DNA from: Saccostrea echinata
Lineage: Eukaryota
Assembly: GCF_033153115.1 (NCBI RefSeq)
Contig: NW_026889800.1
Location: forward strand, 6,510,001-6,574,000
Direction: 5' to 3'
DNA length: 64,000 nucleotides
The notes beneath the pieces were generated by a model. That model saw only the letters and a list, made by a program, of their open reading frames with translations. It was not told where the DNA came from and ran no database searches. A program made the position numbers and the translations under genes. This document shows positions 1 through 12,933 of this stretch, piece after piece. Position 1 is the stretch's first letter; each line of letters starts with the position of its first letter.

Positions 1-883
1 TCTTTTCTAACCTCAATGGCTTAGGATTGGACTGGGTTGGTGCATTTTATCTTCGAAATCTGGTGATATATGATTGTCGATGTCAATACAAATATCAATT
101 ATGTGACTAAAATAATTGAACTCTTCACGCAATCCTCAACATGCTATTCGAATAATTTTGTATTGCGAAATAAAAGTGGCAGCGGAACTTCTAAACAATT
201 TCAATCCTTATTCTTAATAGCATTCTTACTCCCTCAAGACACCTGATCCCACCTCTGATGTTTCAAAGGTCCTTGTTTGCTCTTCTTTAATTTGTATTGT
301 TTAATTATACTTTTGGGCATGATAACTGTTCGTTAACTTCACACACTGCATTGAGTACAACTTAAAGCTTTTGAAGCAAACTAAACCAAATCGATGTACC
401 TAAATTTCCTTCTTTGAAATTTAGCAATGCTAATTCTATCTCATTTTGCTATACTGCAGTGATATATTTTTTATAATAGTTCCAACGAAAAAGGTAAAGA
501 TAACGAACAGTGATCGATCTAAAAAAAAAAAAAAAATCAACAAACAATACAATTCTGTGAACATGACATAAAACACGGTCCCCCGGATATTACATGTTCC
601 AACATTCACCTTGTTTACCGGATCTAGTTCTATTCGTGTGTCATATAGTTTTAATGTTTGTTTGCATAAAAATAAAAATGAATGAGAATTCAAAAAGACT
701 GATGTAAGACCTGGTCTCCAAATAGTACGTGGATACTGTCAATGAGGGACTTCGTCATCTTTTTATTCATCAGATTAATATCAACTTCAAAGTACGGGTG
801 TATCGAATTTTTAATTTACAAGGTATGGAAATTCCAAGTAAAATTTTCCTTAAAGAAGTAGATGTCTTTAAACAAAAACATTC

Positions 884-1527
884 ACTAGACCCCGCATTAT
901 AACTCTGTAAGGACACCCACTAGACCCTGCAATATATCCCTGTTAGGACATCCATTAATTCTGTAAGGACATCCACTAGACCCTGCAATATATCCCTGCA
1001 AGCACATCTAGTAGACCCTGTAATATATCTCTTTAAGGACATCCACTAGACCCTGCAATATATTCCTGTAAGGACATATACTAGTCCCTGCGATATATCC
1101 CTGTAAGGACATCCATTATCCTTGTGAGGACATCCACTAGACCCTGCAATATATCCTTGTAAGGACATCCATTATCCCTGTAAGGACATCCACTAGACCC
1201 TGCAATATATCCCTGTAAGGACATCCACTAGACCCTGCAATATATCCCTGTAAGGACATCCAGTAGACCCTGTAATATATCTCTTTAAGGACATCCACTA
1301 GACCCTGCAATATATTCCTGTAAGGACATCCATTATCTCTGTAAGGACATCCACTAGATCCAGCAATATATCCCTGTAAGGACATCCACTAGACCCTGTA
1401 ATTTATCTTTGTAAGGACATATACTAGACCCTGTAATATATCCCTAGACCCTGTAATATATCCCTAGACCCTGTAATATATCCCTGTTAGGACATATACT
1501 AGACCCTGTAATATATCCCTGTAAGGA
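884..1527. repeat. 35-bp minisatellite (GACATCCACTAGACCCTGCAATATATCCCTGTAAG) with interspersed ~21-bp short units
   Basis: Tandem units read directly; ORF 1137-1385 is just the repeat cycling through frames. Confidence 0.95.
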
Positions 1528-1819
1528 TTTTTATGAAGTTCGTTGATATATAATTTTAGTCTCATTTCATTCATACATTACTTTCATTCACACTTTTTAA
1601 AAATCGCCTTTAATAACATCATTGTAATAATGAAGAAATCGACAAAGAATATATTAGAGAGAAATAATTTATATTTCAAGAGTTAAATGGATAAATCATC
1701 CAAGGAAAATAAGTCTAATAATTTGTTTGATGAATGATTGCCCATTAATTGTAAAGCAATTAAAGGAAAACTTCTGATCTTTATTAAGGTCTTCAGTGTA
1801 ATGAAAAAGGTGGAGCCAA

Positions 1820-2131
1820 CCAACAACAATCGATCTCAAACAATACGAATCCACAAACAATACAAATCAACAAACAATACAAATCTACAAACAATAAAAA
1901 TCCACAAACAATACATATAGACAAACAATACAAATCCACCAACAATACAGATCTACCAACAATACAAATCCATAAACAATTCAAATCCACAAACAAAAAA
2001 AAAAAAAAAAACCCACAAACAATACAAACCCACAACACAAATCCACAAAACAAACAATACAAATCCACGACCAATACATATACACAAACAATACAAATCC
2101 ACAAACAAAACATATACACAAACAATACAAA
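1820..2131. repeat. Low-complexity ~18-bp degenerate repeat (ACAAACAATACAAATCC)
   Basis: Direct reading; explains spurious ORFs 1738-1920 and 1793-2281. Confidence 0.9.
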
Positions 2132-2920
2132 TTTGTGTACAGGGATTAAAACATGGATCCTAGAAAACTCCTGTGGTGATTTATATTTTAAGAAGAGAAA
2201 TAAAACAACACAGACTGTGCATTCTTCTTTGCAATTGTCCTCAAATTTCATGGCAGATAAACATACACTTTGAAAGGCCATATACGATTGTAAACTCTAT
2301 ATGTAGGTAAATAAAATTGCATTTAAATGAATATGAATATAACCTATCCAACTTTTGAATCACTGATTTCGCTACAAAACAAATCATACGTAGACTGGTA
2401 GAGTTATTTTAACATTTAATTTGTGCATAAAAGTGAAAGGGAAACGAAAGACAACGTATCAGCTAAATAAATGTTTTATCTACGGTAACGGTTTTGTAGC
2501 AAATTGAATTCAAGGATATGCTAATGATACTATATTTGTACTAGAATAAACTACAGAGGGTGTACAAACACAAAATGTGTGTATTGCAATATCAATTATT
2601 TTAAAAATAATACGGATAAAGGCTTTTTATATCCACTTGCTTTATAGGAATGAATGCTAGTTTATATCCGTTTGCTTTATAGGAATAAAGGCTTAAATCC
2701 ACTTACTTTATAGAAAAGAAAACAAGTTTATATCCACGTTCTTTACGAACCATTACCCTCATTTTTATTCCGAATGTAAACTAAAAATTAAAAACTTTGT
2801 TTATAGTATAAAGGTGCCTTAGTTTATTAAAATTTCAATCGCATTTCTCTTTTTACTTGTATACAGATGACCACGAAATTTATTTTTTTTTTCTAGTTTG
2901 GCTATATGTGAAAGAATTTA

Positions 2921-3262
2921 AAAGGTAAAGATAACAAACAGTGATCGATCTCAAAAATCCACAAACAATACAATTATGTGAAGAAGGCATAAAACACGGA
3001 CTCCTGGGAATACCAGAGGTGGGATCAGGTACCTAGCAGGAGTAAGCATCCCCTGTTGATCGGTCACACCCGTCGTGAGCCCTATATATTGATCAGGTAG
3101 ACGGAACGTTCCGTAGTCAATTCAGTACAAAAACAAAGGCCAAACAATCGGTATGAAACAAGTCAGCCAAAATACGATCCAACGATAGGCTACATTTGCT
3201 AGCAAGGTCATTATAACGATCATAAAATTTACGAAATGCTGACTTTAAACGAGGCTGTTGAA
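2921..3262 (-). mobile_element. 3' end remnant of Penelope-like (Naiad-type) retroelement
   Basis: Reverse complement of the 3' ends at 20000-20300 and 20640-20968; further fragments at ~220-340, 490-600, 5790-6230 and 8460-8600. Confidence 0.75.
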
Positions 3263-3320
3263 ATAAATAGTTATAAATTATATAATTAACGCTTCTTCTT
3301 TTTTATGATTCCTTTCAGGA

Positions 3321-3872
3321 ATGGACTGGGTTTTGAAATTAGCATCTGTAATACTTTTGTTTGAATTAGGTAAGTCTGCTATAAGATTTGTCATTTTTTT
3401 TTTTCGAAAACCAGTCATAAATCTAGTAAACACGGTTTTACTTTTCACAGTTAAAGGTTTTCCTCGTAGAGAGAAAGATGCAAATAAATACGAAAGCAAT
3501 ACCAGTCATGGAAATTTAAAGCTAGAGCTTCACCACGAAAAAGATGTTCCTCAACACCAAAATAATATTTTGGTGCCTTATGAAAACTCTTTGAAACAGA
3601 TAGCGAAAGAACCGGCATCAAGTACAAGCCATAAATTTCACAACCTTTGGTCAGAAAGAACGGTACAAACTCCTGAGAACAGAGTACCATCTTTGCAAAA
3701 CAGCAAGGACTCGGTTGAAAAATATGCCATGCTGGCTTTGATTCCAGTGAGGGGAAGAAGGACTTGGAGGCGAAGAGGTTTTAAGATTTACAACGCAGTT
3801 CCGGATGCAAGATACCATTTTGACTCAATGGCTATTGACCCAATGTTTAACTTTCTTGGCATTGGAAAGTAA
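3321..3872 (+). CDS. Secreted prepropeptide, putative neuropeptide precursor (156 aa; exons 3321-3369, 3451-3872)
   Basis: Donor G|GTAAGT at 3370 and acceptor TTTTCACAG| at 3450; removing the 81-nt intron gives signal peptide MDWVLKLASVILLFELVKG-FP; polybasic RGRR/RRR sites; C-terminus ...AIDPMFNFLGI-GK-stop (amidation signal); acceptor just before the ATG implies an upstream non-coding exon; AATAAA at ~3941. Confidence 0.8.
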   Translation: MDWVLKLASVILLFELGKSAIRFVIFFFRKPVINLVNTVLLFTVKGFPRREKDANKYESNTSHGNLKLELHHEKDVPQHQNNILVPYENSLKQIAKEPASSTSHKFHNLWSERTVQTPENRVPSLQNSKDSVEKYAMLALIPVRGRRTWRRRGFKIYNAVPDARYHFDSMAIDPMFNFLGIGK

Positions 3873-5789
3873 AGGCTCATTTTCGTAAATGTAATGGAAA
3901 TCCGAAGGTGAATAACGAAAACAAAAATTAATTTATGCACAATAAAGAAACTTGAGCTTCAAGTATTTGTGTTAAGGGACAAAATATAGTTTAAAAATGT
4001 CGCCCAACCTCATCCAGTCACTATATATGTGGTCTGTTATAAGATGCAATGTATCTATAGGAATCTGGAGTAGACAGTTGTATTTGTAAGCTCGGAGTAT
4101 GAACCTTCGAATTGATTATATACTTTTTATATCTCAAAACATAACACTGTATGTAATTTTTTGCCATTATGAAGACCTCAATGATAGCCCACTACTAGCT
4201 GTTCCGGGATGTAATTTGACCTTAGCAAAGGTTTACCCATGTAACATACTAGTAATACGTTTAAGATATGAATTGTTATCATTGCTCACTTCCTACAGAA
4301 AAAAGTATAGAATTTGACAGAATTGTGAATTTAGCACATTGGTATAATAAAAAACCTAAAAACATAAAACCTAGTATTATTAAGATTGTCTCTATCAAAA
4401 ATAGGACGATAGCAAGCAGTCTTTTTCTATTATTTTAAGGATAAAATCTTGTCATCAAAATATGTTAGTGACAAATCTCCATTTGTAAATAATTAAGCTA
4501 GAAACGTATACTTTGTGGACGCAAAGAGATAAAATAAACATATATCTTAAGATTGTTTTTAATTGACACACATTTGTCAAAATACAATGGCCTGGGTTTG
4601 GGAAAAATAATATACAGAGACGTTTTCCATAAGTAAAAAAAAAATTCTTAGATTAGGAATTGTGAATATGTAAATATCGTTTAAATAATTTTGCCAGTAT
4701 ATTGTTATTTACCAGTTTTACAAATGATTAGCTCTTTAGTGGTCCTTTTGTAATCTGATTTCAATGTTCTCATGAGGCATTACTATATCAGTGAGATTGA
4801 ATTGTAATAAAGTGAAAAATGATATCCTTGGTTCATCGAAATATAAGTCATATGTTTTCGTCAAATGCACTTAAGAAAACCGTGTATCATGTATTATGTC
4901 GATACCTATATCTAAAAGTTAAGTTTATAAAAGGTCTTCTATGAAAGAAAATTTCTTGATTTACTGTAATTGTTAAGCAATATACAAAATTCTAGTGTCA
5001 AGTATTCAAACACGTTGAGATCCAGAATGAAAAACAAAATTTATTTGTTTCAATCAAAATATGTATATTTTGAGTACATTAACAATGAATTCTCGTCACT
5101 CAGCCCCTGAAGTATAATGATATATGATTACATCCATAGATGGTATAAATTCAAAAAAGATTAAACATCATTTCCATAAAAAAGGAGACAGGATACTTAC
5201 ATTCACTGACCGTGACCGGAAGCCACACCGTGATGTGCATTAATAGGGCCCTGAGCTTCTAGTGTTAACCGCTGGACAGAGAAAGGACAGAGTCAAGTTA
5301 CTCATAATGGTCGTATTTTGGGTTCATTGTGTCTTTTCTTCACATGGCATATCTTTGTATGATTGATATATTTTGATTTATTACCGTAAAATAATAAAAT
5401 CACTTTGAAAAACCCATTGACGAATATGCAGTTACAGATTCAAAAAGAACCTAATGAGGAGCTGCCATACTTTTACTTGTTATGACATAGTTATACCTGT
5501 TTGACATAGTTATACCTGTATGGCAGCTTTACCTTTATGATATTGATTTACCTGTATGACATAGTTTTTAAAGATTCGCTCGTCGTCAGCACTCAGGGCT
5601 GTAAAAGATAAGCATTAAATTCAATATCATAAGCACAAATTCTAATTTATATATATACCAAACTGCAAATATTCAATATTAAACCTACCTATGAGGATCT
5701 CTAGTATTCTTGAGTATCCAACAGTATTAATGAAATTTGTTAGAGTTCCAGCATCTGCGTGAGAAACCATATCAACAAGCAACAATTGT

Positions 5790-6228
5790 TGATCTACCGA
5801 TAACGTTGATAGAAAGTTGTTAAGTTGAAGTTGTTTTAAAACGTCGAGAATATCACGTTCCTAAACAAAAGAACATAGAAGGTTATCAACAGCCTCGTTT
5901 TCGTCATCATTTTGCAAGTTTTATGGTCGATACAATGACCTAGCTTGTCAGCAAATACAACCTATCATTAAGTCAAATGATGACTGCCGTTTTTCATACT
6001 GATTTTTAGGTCATAATTTACACACTGAATTGTCTACGAATTTTTCCGTTTTTCCCGACCTTGACAAGGAGCAAACGGCGGGTGTGACCGATCGGCAGGG
6101 GATGCTCACTCCTCCATGACACGTGATCCCACCTCTGATTTTTGGAGGTCCGTATTTTATCTGCTCTCGATTTGTATTATTCAAATAGACTTTGAGCCTG
6201 AATAATGTTCGTTATTTCCATATTTCAT
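5790..6228 (+). mobile_element. Penelope-like retroelement 3' remnant
   Basis: Same sequence family as 20590-20968 (GGGTGTGACCG...CCTCCATG...GATCCCACCTCTG...GTTCGTTATTTCC). Confidence 0.75.
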
Positions 6229-6426
6229 TAATAAATATTCATTGGTATCATTGGGATTGACAGACCTCTAAAATAGACCTGATAAATTTATGATTGTTTG
6301 TTTGTTGTTTAACGTCCCTCTCGAGATTTTTTCACTCATATGGAGACGCTAGACCTGATAAAAGATTTAAGTTTGACCAATATCGAAATATTTTGTGGAA
6401 GCTATGTATTGTTTTCGTAAGGACCC

Positions 6427-6469
<43 letters not shown>

Positions 6470-7443
6470 ATAAAGATTTTTGAAAACTGTGTTGAGTGCC
6501 CGAGTCTCCCTGACGAGATTCCTGTCAAAAATCAATTGACTGGTTCAGGGCAAAATAAATGACATTAATTATTGGGAATTTGGTACAGACAGCTCTGGGC
6601 AAGAACTTCATATCTATTCTAGGAATTTCTGTGGCAGAAATAAGAAAGCTGGTAATGAGCTCTGAATGTATTGGTTCATTTCCGTGTAGACTGAATTTGT
6701 GAGAGAATGACTGGATCATGAAATTATCAAATAATACTTCACTAACTCTATACCAAGGTTTTATTTAATAAAGGATAGGCATTATTTTTATTCAATTTGG
6801 TTCCATCAACCTGGTTTCTTTTACATAATAAATATATTACCGTTCAGTAATTTAGGGAATGCCTGATAACATGAATAATTTACCTCTGTGATTACAGCAC
6901 AGAGTGGTTTGTAATTATGGAGATTTTGGATGAAATCACTCACCACGAGACCACAAAGACAGACACCCACCAACATTGTCAAAATCAGGATCTTCATTCT
7001 GGGAAAGGATGTGTTCTGTAAAAATTGGAAAAAGGAAATAAAACATTAGGTCGTCTTCTAACTTCCATATCATAACCCACGTATCTAAATTTTCTTGATG
7101 AACGTATCTGATGTCGATTAAATTGGCAAGGTTTTTAGTGTTTGACATTTGAGTTTAAAACTAATAACTGTTTGTATTCATTTTAGGAAATAATCATTTA
7201 AAAGCCACAATAATGAAATGCTCAACGTAAAAATATATATATTAACTATAGAGGAGAGCCCACTACAGCCTAGCTAATTTGTCGTTATTGAGATACATGA
7301 CTAGTAGGAAAATACTTATTAGAGTTTTGTAATGAAAGGTTCGGGCTTTCTATCCGGGGGTTTGTTTGGTTTTTTTTTTTTATTTCAATAGTACATTTCG
7401 TTATTGTTAATGATCTAGTATGCCAGTTACTTTGATCACTTAA

Positions 7444-8226
7444 AGGTGCTTGGACACAGATTTGAAGTTAATATTTTCTCAAATTTTCTGTAAAATTTCA
7501 TGACTTATATGTTGCTATAGAATTTCATACTAAAATATAATAAAAATCTTATTGCATCTCGAAGTTATTGAAACTTCAAATTTCTGGACACGTTTGATTG
7601 ACACATCCTTGCACTTTCACAAATTTTAATTTTATTCTTAATACTTAAGAAAAGTGGCAATTTTGTTGTGTATTAATGAAATATATCAAAACTATAATCC
7701 AGAAAATTCAGAGTAGAAATGTTCGAAAACAAAACCCACTCACAGTATTGTCAGTCCGTTCTCAGTGGTGTGTGCAGACTTTAACACTTGAACACACCCG
7801 GTGAATCGTAAACATTAACAATAACAGAGCTCGTGCCCTTTTTACAAAAACAGTTTACGTTTCACGGGTGTATTCAATTTGTTAAACTCTGTACACAACA
7901 CTTAGCACGGGCTGACGATATTAGTGAGGGGGTTTGCTCTCGCACATTTCTACTCTGAATTTTCTGGATTATAGATGTAATGTTTTTCATTAATACACAA
8001 CAAAATCGCTTCTTTTTTTCCTAAAATATTAAGGATAAAGATAACATTTGTGAAAGTGCAAGGATGTGTTAATCAAACGCGTCAAGGAATTCGTAGTTCC
8101 AATAATTTCCAGATAAAATAAGTTTTTAATTATATTTTCGTGTGAAATGCTATTGCAATATATAAGTCGTGATTTTACACAGAAAATTTGAGAAAATATT
8201 AACTTCATATCTGTGTCTAAGCACCT
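7444..8226. mobile_element. Palindromic non-autonomous DNA transposon, Kolobok-like
   Basis: TTAA target duplications at 7440-7443 and 8227-8230; AGG...CCT termini; the two halves are inverted copies over almost the whole length. Confidence 0.85.
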
Positions 8227-8622
8227 TTAAGGGACTGATATGTTTGACGAGTATAGAATACCAAGAAAACGGATCATTATTTTACAGTAAATATTTTAAA
8301 GATCTTCAACATGTTTAATTACATGTACACTATACAAAGGATGAAGTAAAATAATTCATGCATCGACATCAGACACGATGAATAAACCAAGGATGCAGAA
8401 AAATATTTAATATATAAACATCTTTAGATAAGTTGAAGTTACATGGATTTTAACAATCCCCTTCAACAAGTTCAAAGTCAGCATTTCGCAAATTCTATGG
8501 TCGTTATAATGGCCTTGTAAGCAAATAACACCTATCAATGGCTCATATTTTGACTGATATATGTCATACTAAATGTTAAATCTTTGTTTTTATACTTAAT
8601 TTGCCTGTGGATAACTTCTGAT

Positions 8623-9183
8623 AATCAACATGTCTAATTACGTAAACACTCTAAAAAGGATACAGTAAAACATTTAATATATCAACATGTCTAATTACGT
8701 ATATACTTTATAAAGTATACAGTAAAATATTTAATATATCAACATGTCTAATTACGTGTACACTCTGTCAAAGATACAGTAAAATATTTAATATATCAAC
8801 ATGTCTAATTACGTATACACTCTGTCAAAGATACAATAAAATATTTAATATATCAAAATGTCTAATTACGTATATACTTTATAACGTATACAGTAAAATA
8901 TTTAATATATCAACATGTCTTATTACGTGTACGCTGTACCAAGGATACGGTTAAATATTTGATCTATCAACATGTCTAATTACGTGTACACTCTAAAAAG
9001 GATACAATAATAATATTTAATATTTCAGTATGTCTAATTGGTCTACAGTCTATCAAGTTTACAGTAAAATATATACATCAACATGTCTAATTACGTTAAG
9101 TACACCAGGGACACATTAAAATTTTGATATATCAACACGTCTGACATGTACAGTCTTTGTCAAGGAAACGGTAAAATATTTAA
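8623..9183. repeat. ~59-bp tandem repeat (ATCAACATGTCTAATTACGTATACACTCTGTCAAAGATACAGTAAAATATTTAATAT), ~9 copies
   Basis: Direct reading. Confidence 0.9.
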
Positions 9184-9287
9184 CGTTTCCCACTCTAGTA
9201 ATTCAGAAATACCAAACTAACGAGAGGCGTTATATCGTACTCCAGCACCTGGTAAATTAAGTAGAATACTTTCTGAATGTAAAGCAA

Positions 9288-10373
9288 AACAAGAGGCCCA
9301 GTGGCCACATCGCTCACCTGAGCACTATGGCTAGGAAAAAGCAGAAATCATTTCAATCTTGAAAGGTTGAAAAGTTTAAATATAAAAGTGGTTGGGGGGG
9401 GGGTGTCAGGAATTGAACAAATTTGAATCTACATTATCTGAGGATGCTTCCATTTAAATATGACCAATCATGGCTTTGCTGTTCTCGAGTAGAAGATTTT
9501 TAAAGATTTAACCTATGTATTCCTATGTAAAACTTTGATCACCCATTGTGGCCCCACCCGATCCCCAGGGGTCATGTTTGAACAAACTTGAGTGTACACT
9601 ATCTAAGAATGCTTCCATATAAATATGACCAATCATGGCTTTGCTATTCTTAACAAATTGTTTTTTTTAAAGATTTTTACTATGTGTTCCAATGTAAAAC
9701 TTTGATCGCCCATTGTGGCCCCACCCTACCCCCGGGGGTCATGATTCGAACAAATTTGTATGTACACTATCTGAGGATGCTACCATATAAATATGACCAA
9801 TCATGGCTTTGCTGTTCTTGAGAAGAAGATTTTTACTATGTGTTCCTATGTAAAACTTTGATCGCCCATTGTGGCCCCACCCTACCCCCGGGGGTCATGA
9901 TTTGAACAAACTTGAATCTACACTACCTGAGGATGCTTCCAAGTAAATATGACCAATCATGGCTTTGCTGTTCTTGAGAAGAAGATTTTTGAAGATTTTT
10001 CCTATATATTCCTATGTAAAACTTTGATCTCCCATTGTGGCCCCACCCGACCCCCGGGGGTCATGATTTGAACAAACTTGAATGTACACTATCTGAGGAT
10101 GCTACCATATAAATATGACCAATTATGGCTTTGCTGTTCTTGAGAAGAAGATTTTTAAAGATTTTTCCTGTATATTTCCTATGTAAAACTTCGATCGCCC
10201 ATTGCGGCCCCACCCTAGCCCCGGGGGTCATGATTTGAACAAACTTGAATCTACACTACCTGAGGATGCTTCCACATAAATTTCATGTTTTCAAGCACAG
10301 TGGTTCTTGAGAAGAAGATTTTTTAATGATGCCATTAATTTTTCACGAATTCTTAATTATCTCCCCTTGGAAG

Positions 10374-10423
<50 letters not shown>

Positions 10424-10426
10424 ACT

Positions 10427-10481
<55 letters not shown>

Positions 10482-10551
10482 GTGAAAAGTTTACAGACGG
10501 ACAGACGGACAGACGGACAGACAGACGGACAGACGGACTACAGACAAAATG

Positions 10552-10597
<46 letters not shown>
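9288..10597 (+). mobile_element. Non-autonomous Helentron-type element (HINE) carrying a ~166-bp Cg170/HindIII-like satellite array
   Basis: AACAAGAGG start; subterminal inverted motif GCTCACCTGAG / CTCAGGTGAGC; ~5-6 tandem ~166-bp units; (GACG/GACA)n microsatellite; 3' hairpin TGAGCC-TTC-GGCTCA; A-rich flanks. Confidence 0.85.
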
Positions 10598-11444
10598 CTA
10601 TAACACTAGTACAGTTAAGAAAAGCATGCGCACCGCCTCAAGATTTACTGCTAAAAATATCTTTTAATCCCTTTACAGATAGTGATTTATTTGAATTCAC
10701 TCCGACAGTTTAGGCTTATTTCTGATAAAACCGTTATATAGTGCTGACGTTTACTGTACTGGATTTGGTTTTATAAGAATTAGATATATAATACTAAGAT
10801 GTACTTTTATTTGTTGATTATCACCAGTAAAACGCCAGTGTATCAACAAATCGGATAATGGGAGGAGGTACCTATTAATCTCGCTAAAGAACCCTGATAG
10901 AGGTCTCATTGTACTTTATCCACAGGTGTATAATTTTTTTTTTCTGACTTATGAAAGAAAAATGTTCAAAACGAACATATTTGTGACTTCCTCGGTTAGA
11001 CATTTTCATTGAAATAAACACTTTCAATATAGAATTTAAAGATCATTTCAAAATAGAAGATTCAAAACTGGCATTTTTGCTGATTTTTTTCGCATGGTTT
11101 AAAAGAAGCATTAAGCTATTTAGTAACGTCCAGTTAGAAATTTTTTGGTCTAAGAAAAATAAGACTTTAACTTTGTTAATGCCCTAGATACACTCTCCCG
11201 TTCTTTTCAAAACAAGTCTCAGCATAAGCTGTTTAGTAACGTCCAATTAGACATTTTTTGGTCTAAGAAAAATAAGACTTTAACTTTCTTAATGCCCTAG
11301 ATTCATTCTCCCGTTCTTTTCAAAACAATTCTCAGAAATGAGGTTTCTCGGGCAAAATTGAACACTTACTAATTTTGAAAAGTTAAAAGACATGTAAACA
11401 TTTTAATTAATCCTTTTTTCATGTATTATACATCTGCTTTTTTT

Positions 11445-11486
<42 letters not shown>

Positions 11487-12933
11487 TTTTTTTTTTTTTT
11501 TTGTAATTATTAAAAAAAGCTATAGATACCATAATGTTCACAGCTACTAGATATTATTAAGCATTATTGAGCACAGCGATTCTTAATATATACACAAGTA
11601 TCTTGACAAAGAATCTAGAAATTCTTTAATTTCCATTTTTTAGGTATATCCCTACCAATCTAGATCCTCGAATTCTCTTTATTATGATTTAAATAAACAT
11701 ATCTATAACTTTACATTCGTTAAATTTATATATTTTGTGTAGTAATAATTTGATAAAAATATGTATAAATAACAAAACGTATTTTTTCTACATGTAATAA
11801 CAGTTATTGATTAATATTCAGTTTCGTAAAAATTCGAAATTTATTTCTTACCCTCTTGTCAATTGCCAGATACGTACTGTAGAGTAGTTTTGACAATAAA
11901 TTCACAAATTGCTAATCAGATAAAAAGGAGGTCAGACTCTGAGAAAGGAACCAGTTGATTTTAAGAAGATTTCGCCGAGTCGTCATTCTGTCCAGATGGG
12001 TCACACGAATACCTCGTTAACTTGGTCAAGCGAACCTGTTTCCCTGACGTTTTGAGTGAAACATCCAAAAATTTGTACTTAAGGCACTTTAGAAACTCTC
12101 AGACGCCCTTTCTGATATTGAACTTGAGATACTGAAATTGTCAAAATGAACTAAGATGAAGGTTAAAGAGCACCTATAGTACTCAAAATATAGAATTCTC
12201 AGCACAGACTGACCTCATATAAGCACACATATCACTAACCTCAATTAAAGGTCATTAAATTGTTATGATGTGCTTTTATGCTGATGATGAATTATTATAT
12301 AACTAAAAACCTAAAAGGAGAAAAAAAGTTTTTTAAAAAAAAAAAATACAGAAGTGCTGCTTTCACTCGGATCTACTTATCTGAATATTTTACTGACTGA
12401 TATATTTACTGAATTGTACTGGAGATCTTTGAAAAAAGTTTGAATTCTAAAATAATATTTCTCTTTCTATTTTGTTTGATTAACGAGTCTATAACAATAC
12501 GATAAGTTGTATTATTTTGTTTTCCTATTTTTTGACATGTTCCTATGATGTTATGGCCGTGTCTTATCGTAGGAGAAGATTATGACGTATCTTATCTCAT
12601 GTTGTGCCAGTATTTCAACAGAATTTGGTCACCTACAGGTATGTACATATGTTATATACAGTATGATGAACATAATATTTACGTTTTTGAGAATATAACA
12701 AATCTCACTTATAAGATTGCTTTATAATTATTTGGATTTCCATACTGTAAACTGTTATAAAAATCCCATCCCCTTGTGTACTTCACAAGATAATTATACG
12801 TAAGTGTGAAATACGAGCATGCTATATAGGGTTATTTCAGCACCATGCACAGTATCTATACTTAAATTGAAAAGCAAATTACAAATTTTCAAAAAACCTT
12901 TCATTTTTCATTATTTATTTAAGCAGCGCAACC

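Noticed and set aside
884-1527. CRISPR-like appearance of 35-41-bp repeats (also 41250-46481)
   Set aside because: Units are head-to-tail with no unique spacers, there are no cas genes, and the context is eukaryotic
10307-10594. 95-aa ORF
   Set aside because: Lies in the non-coding HINE 3' region and microsatellite
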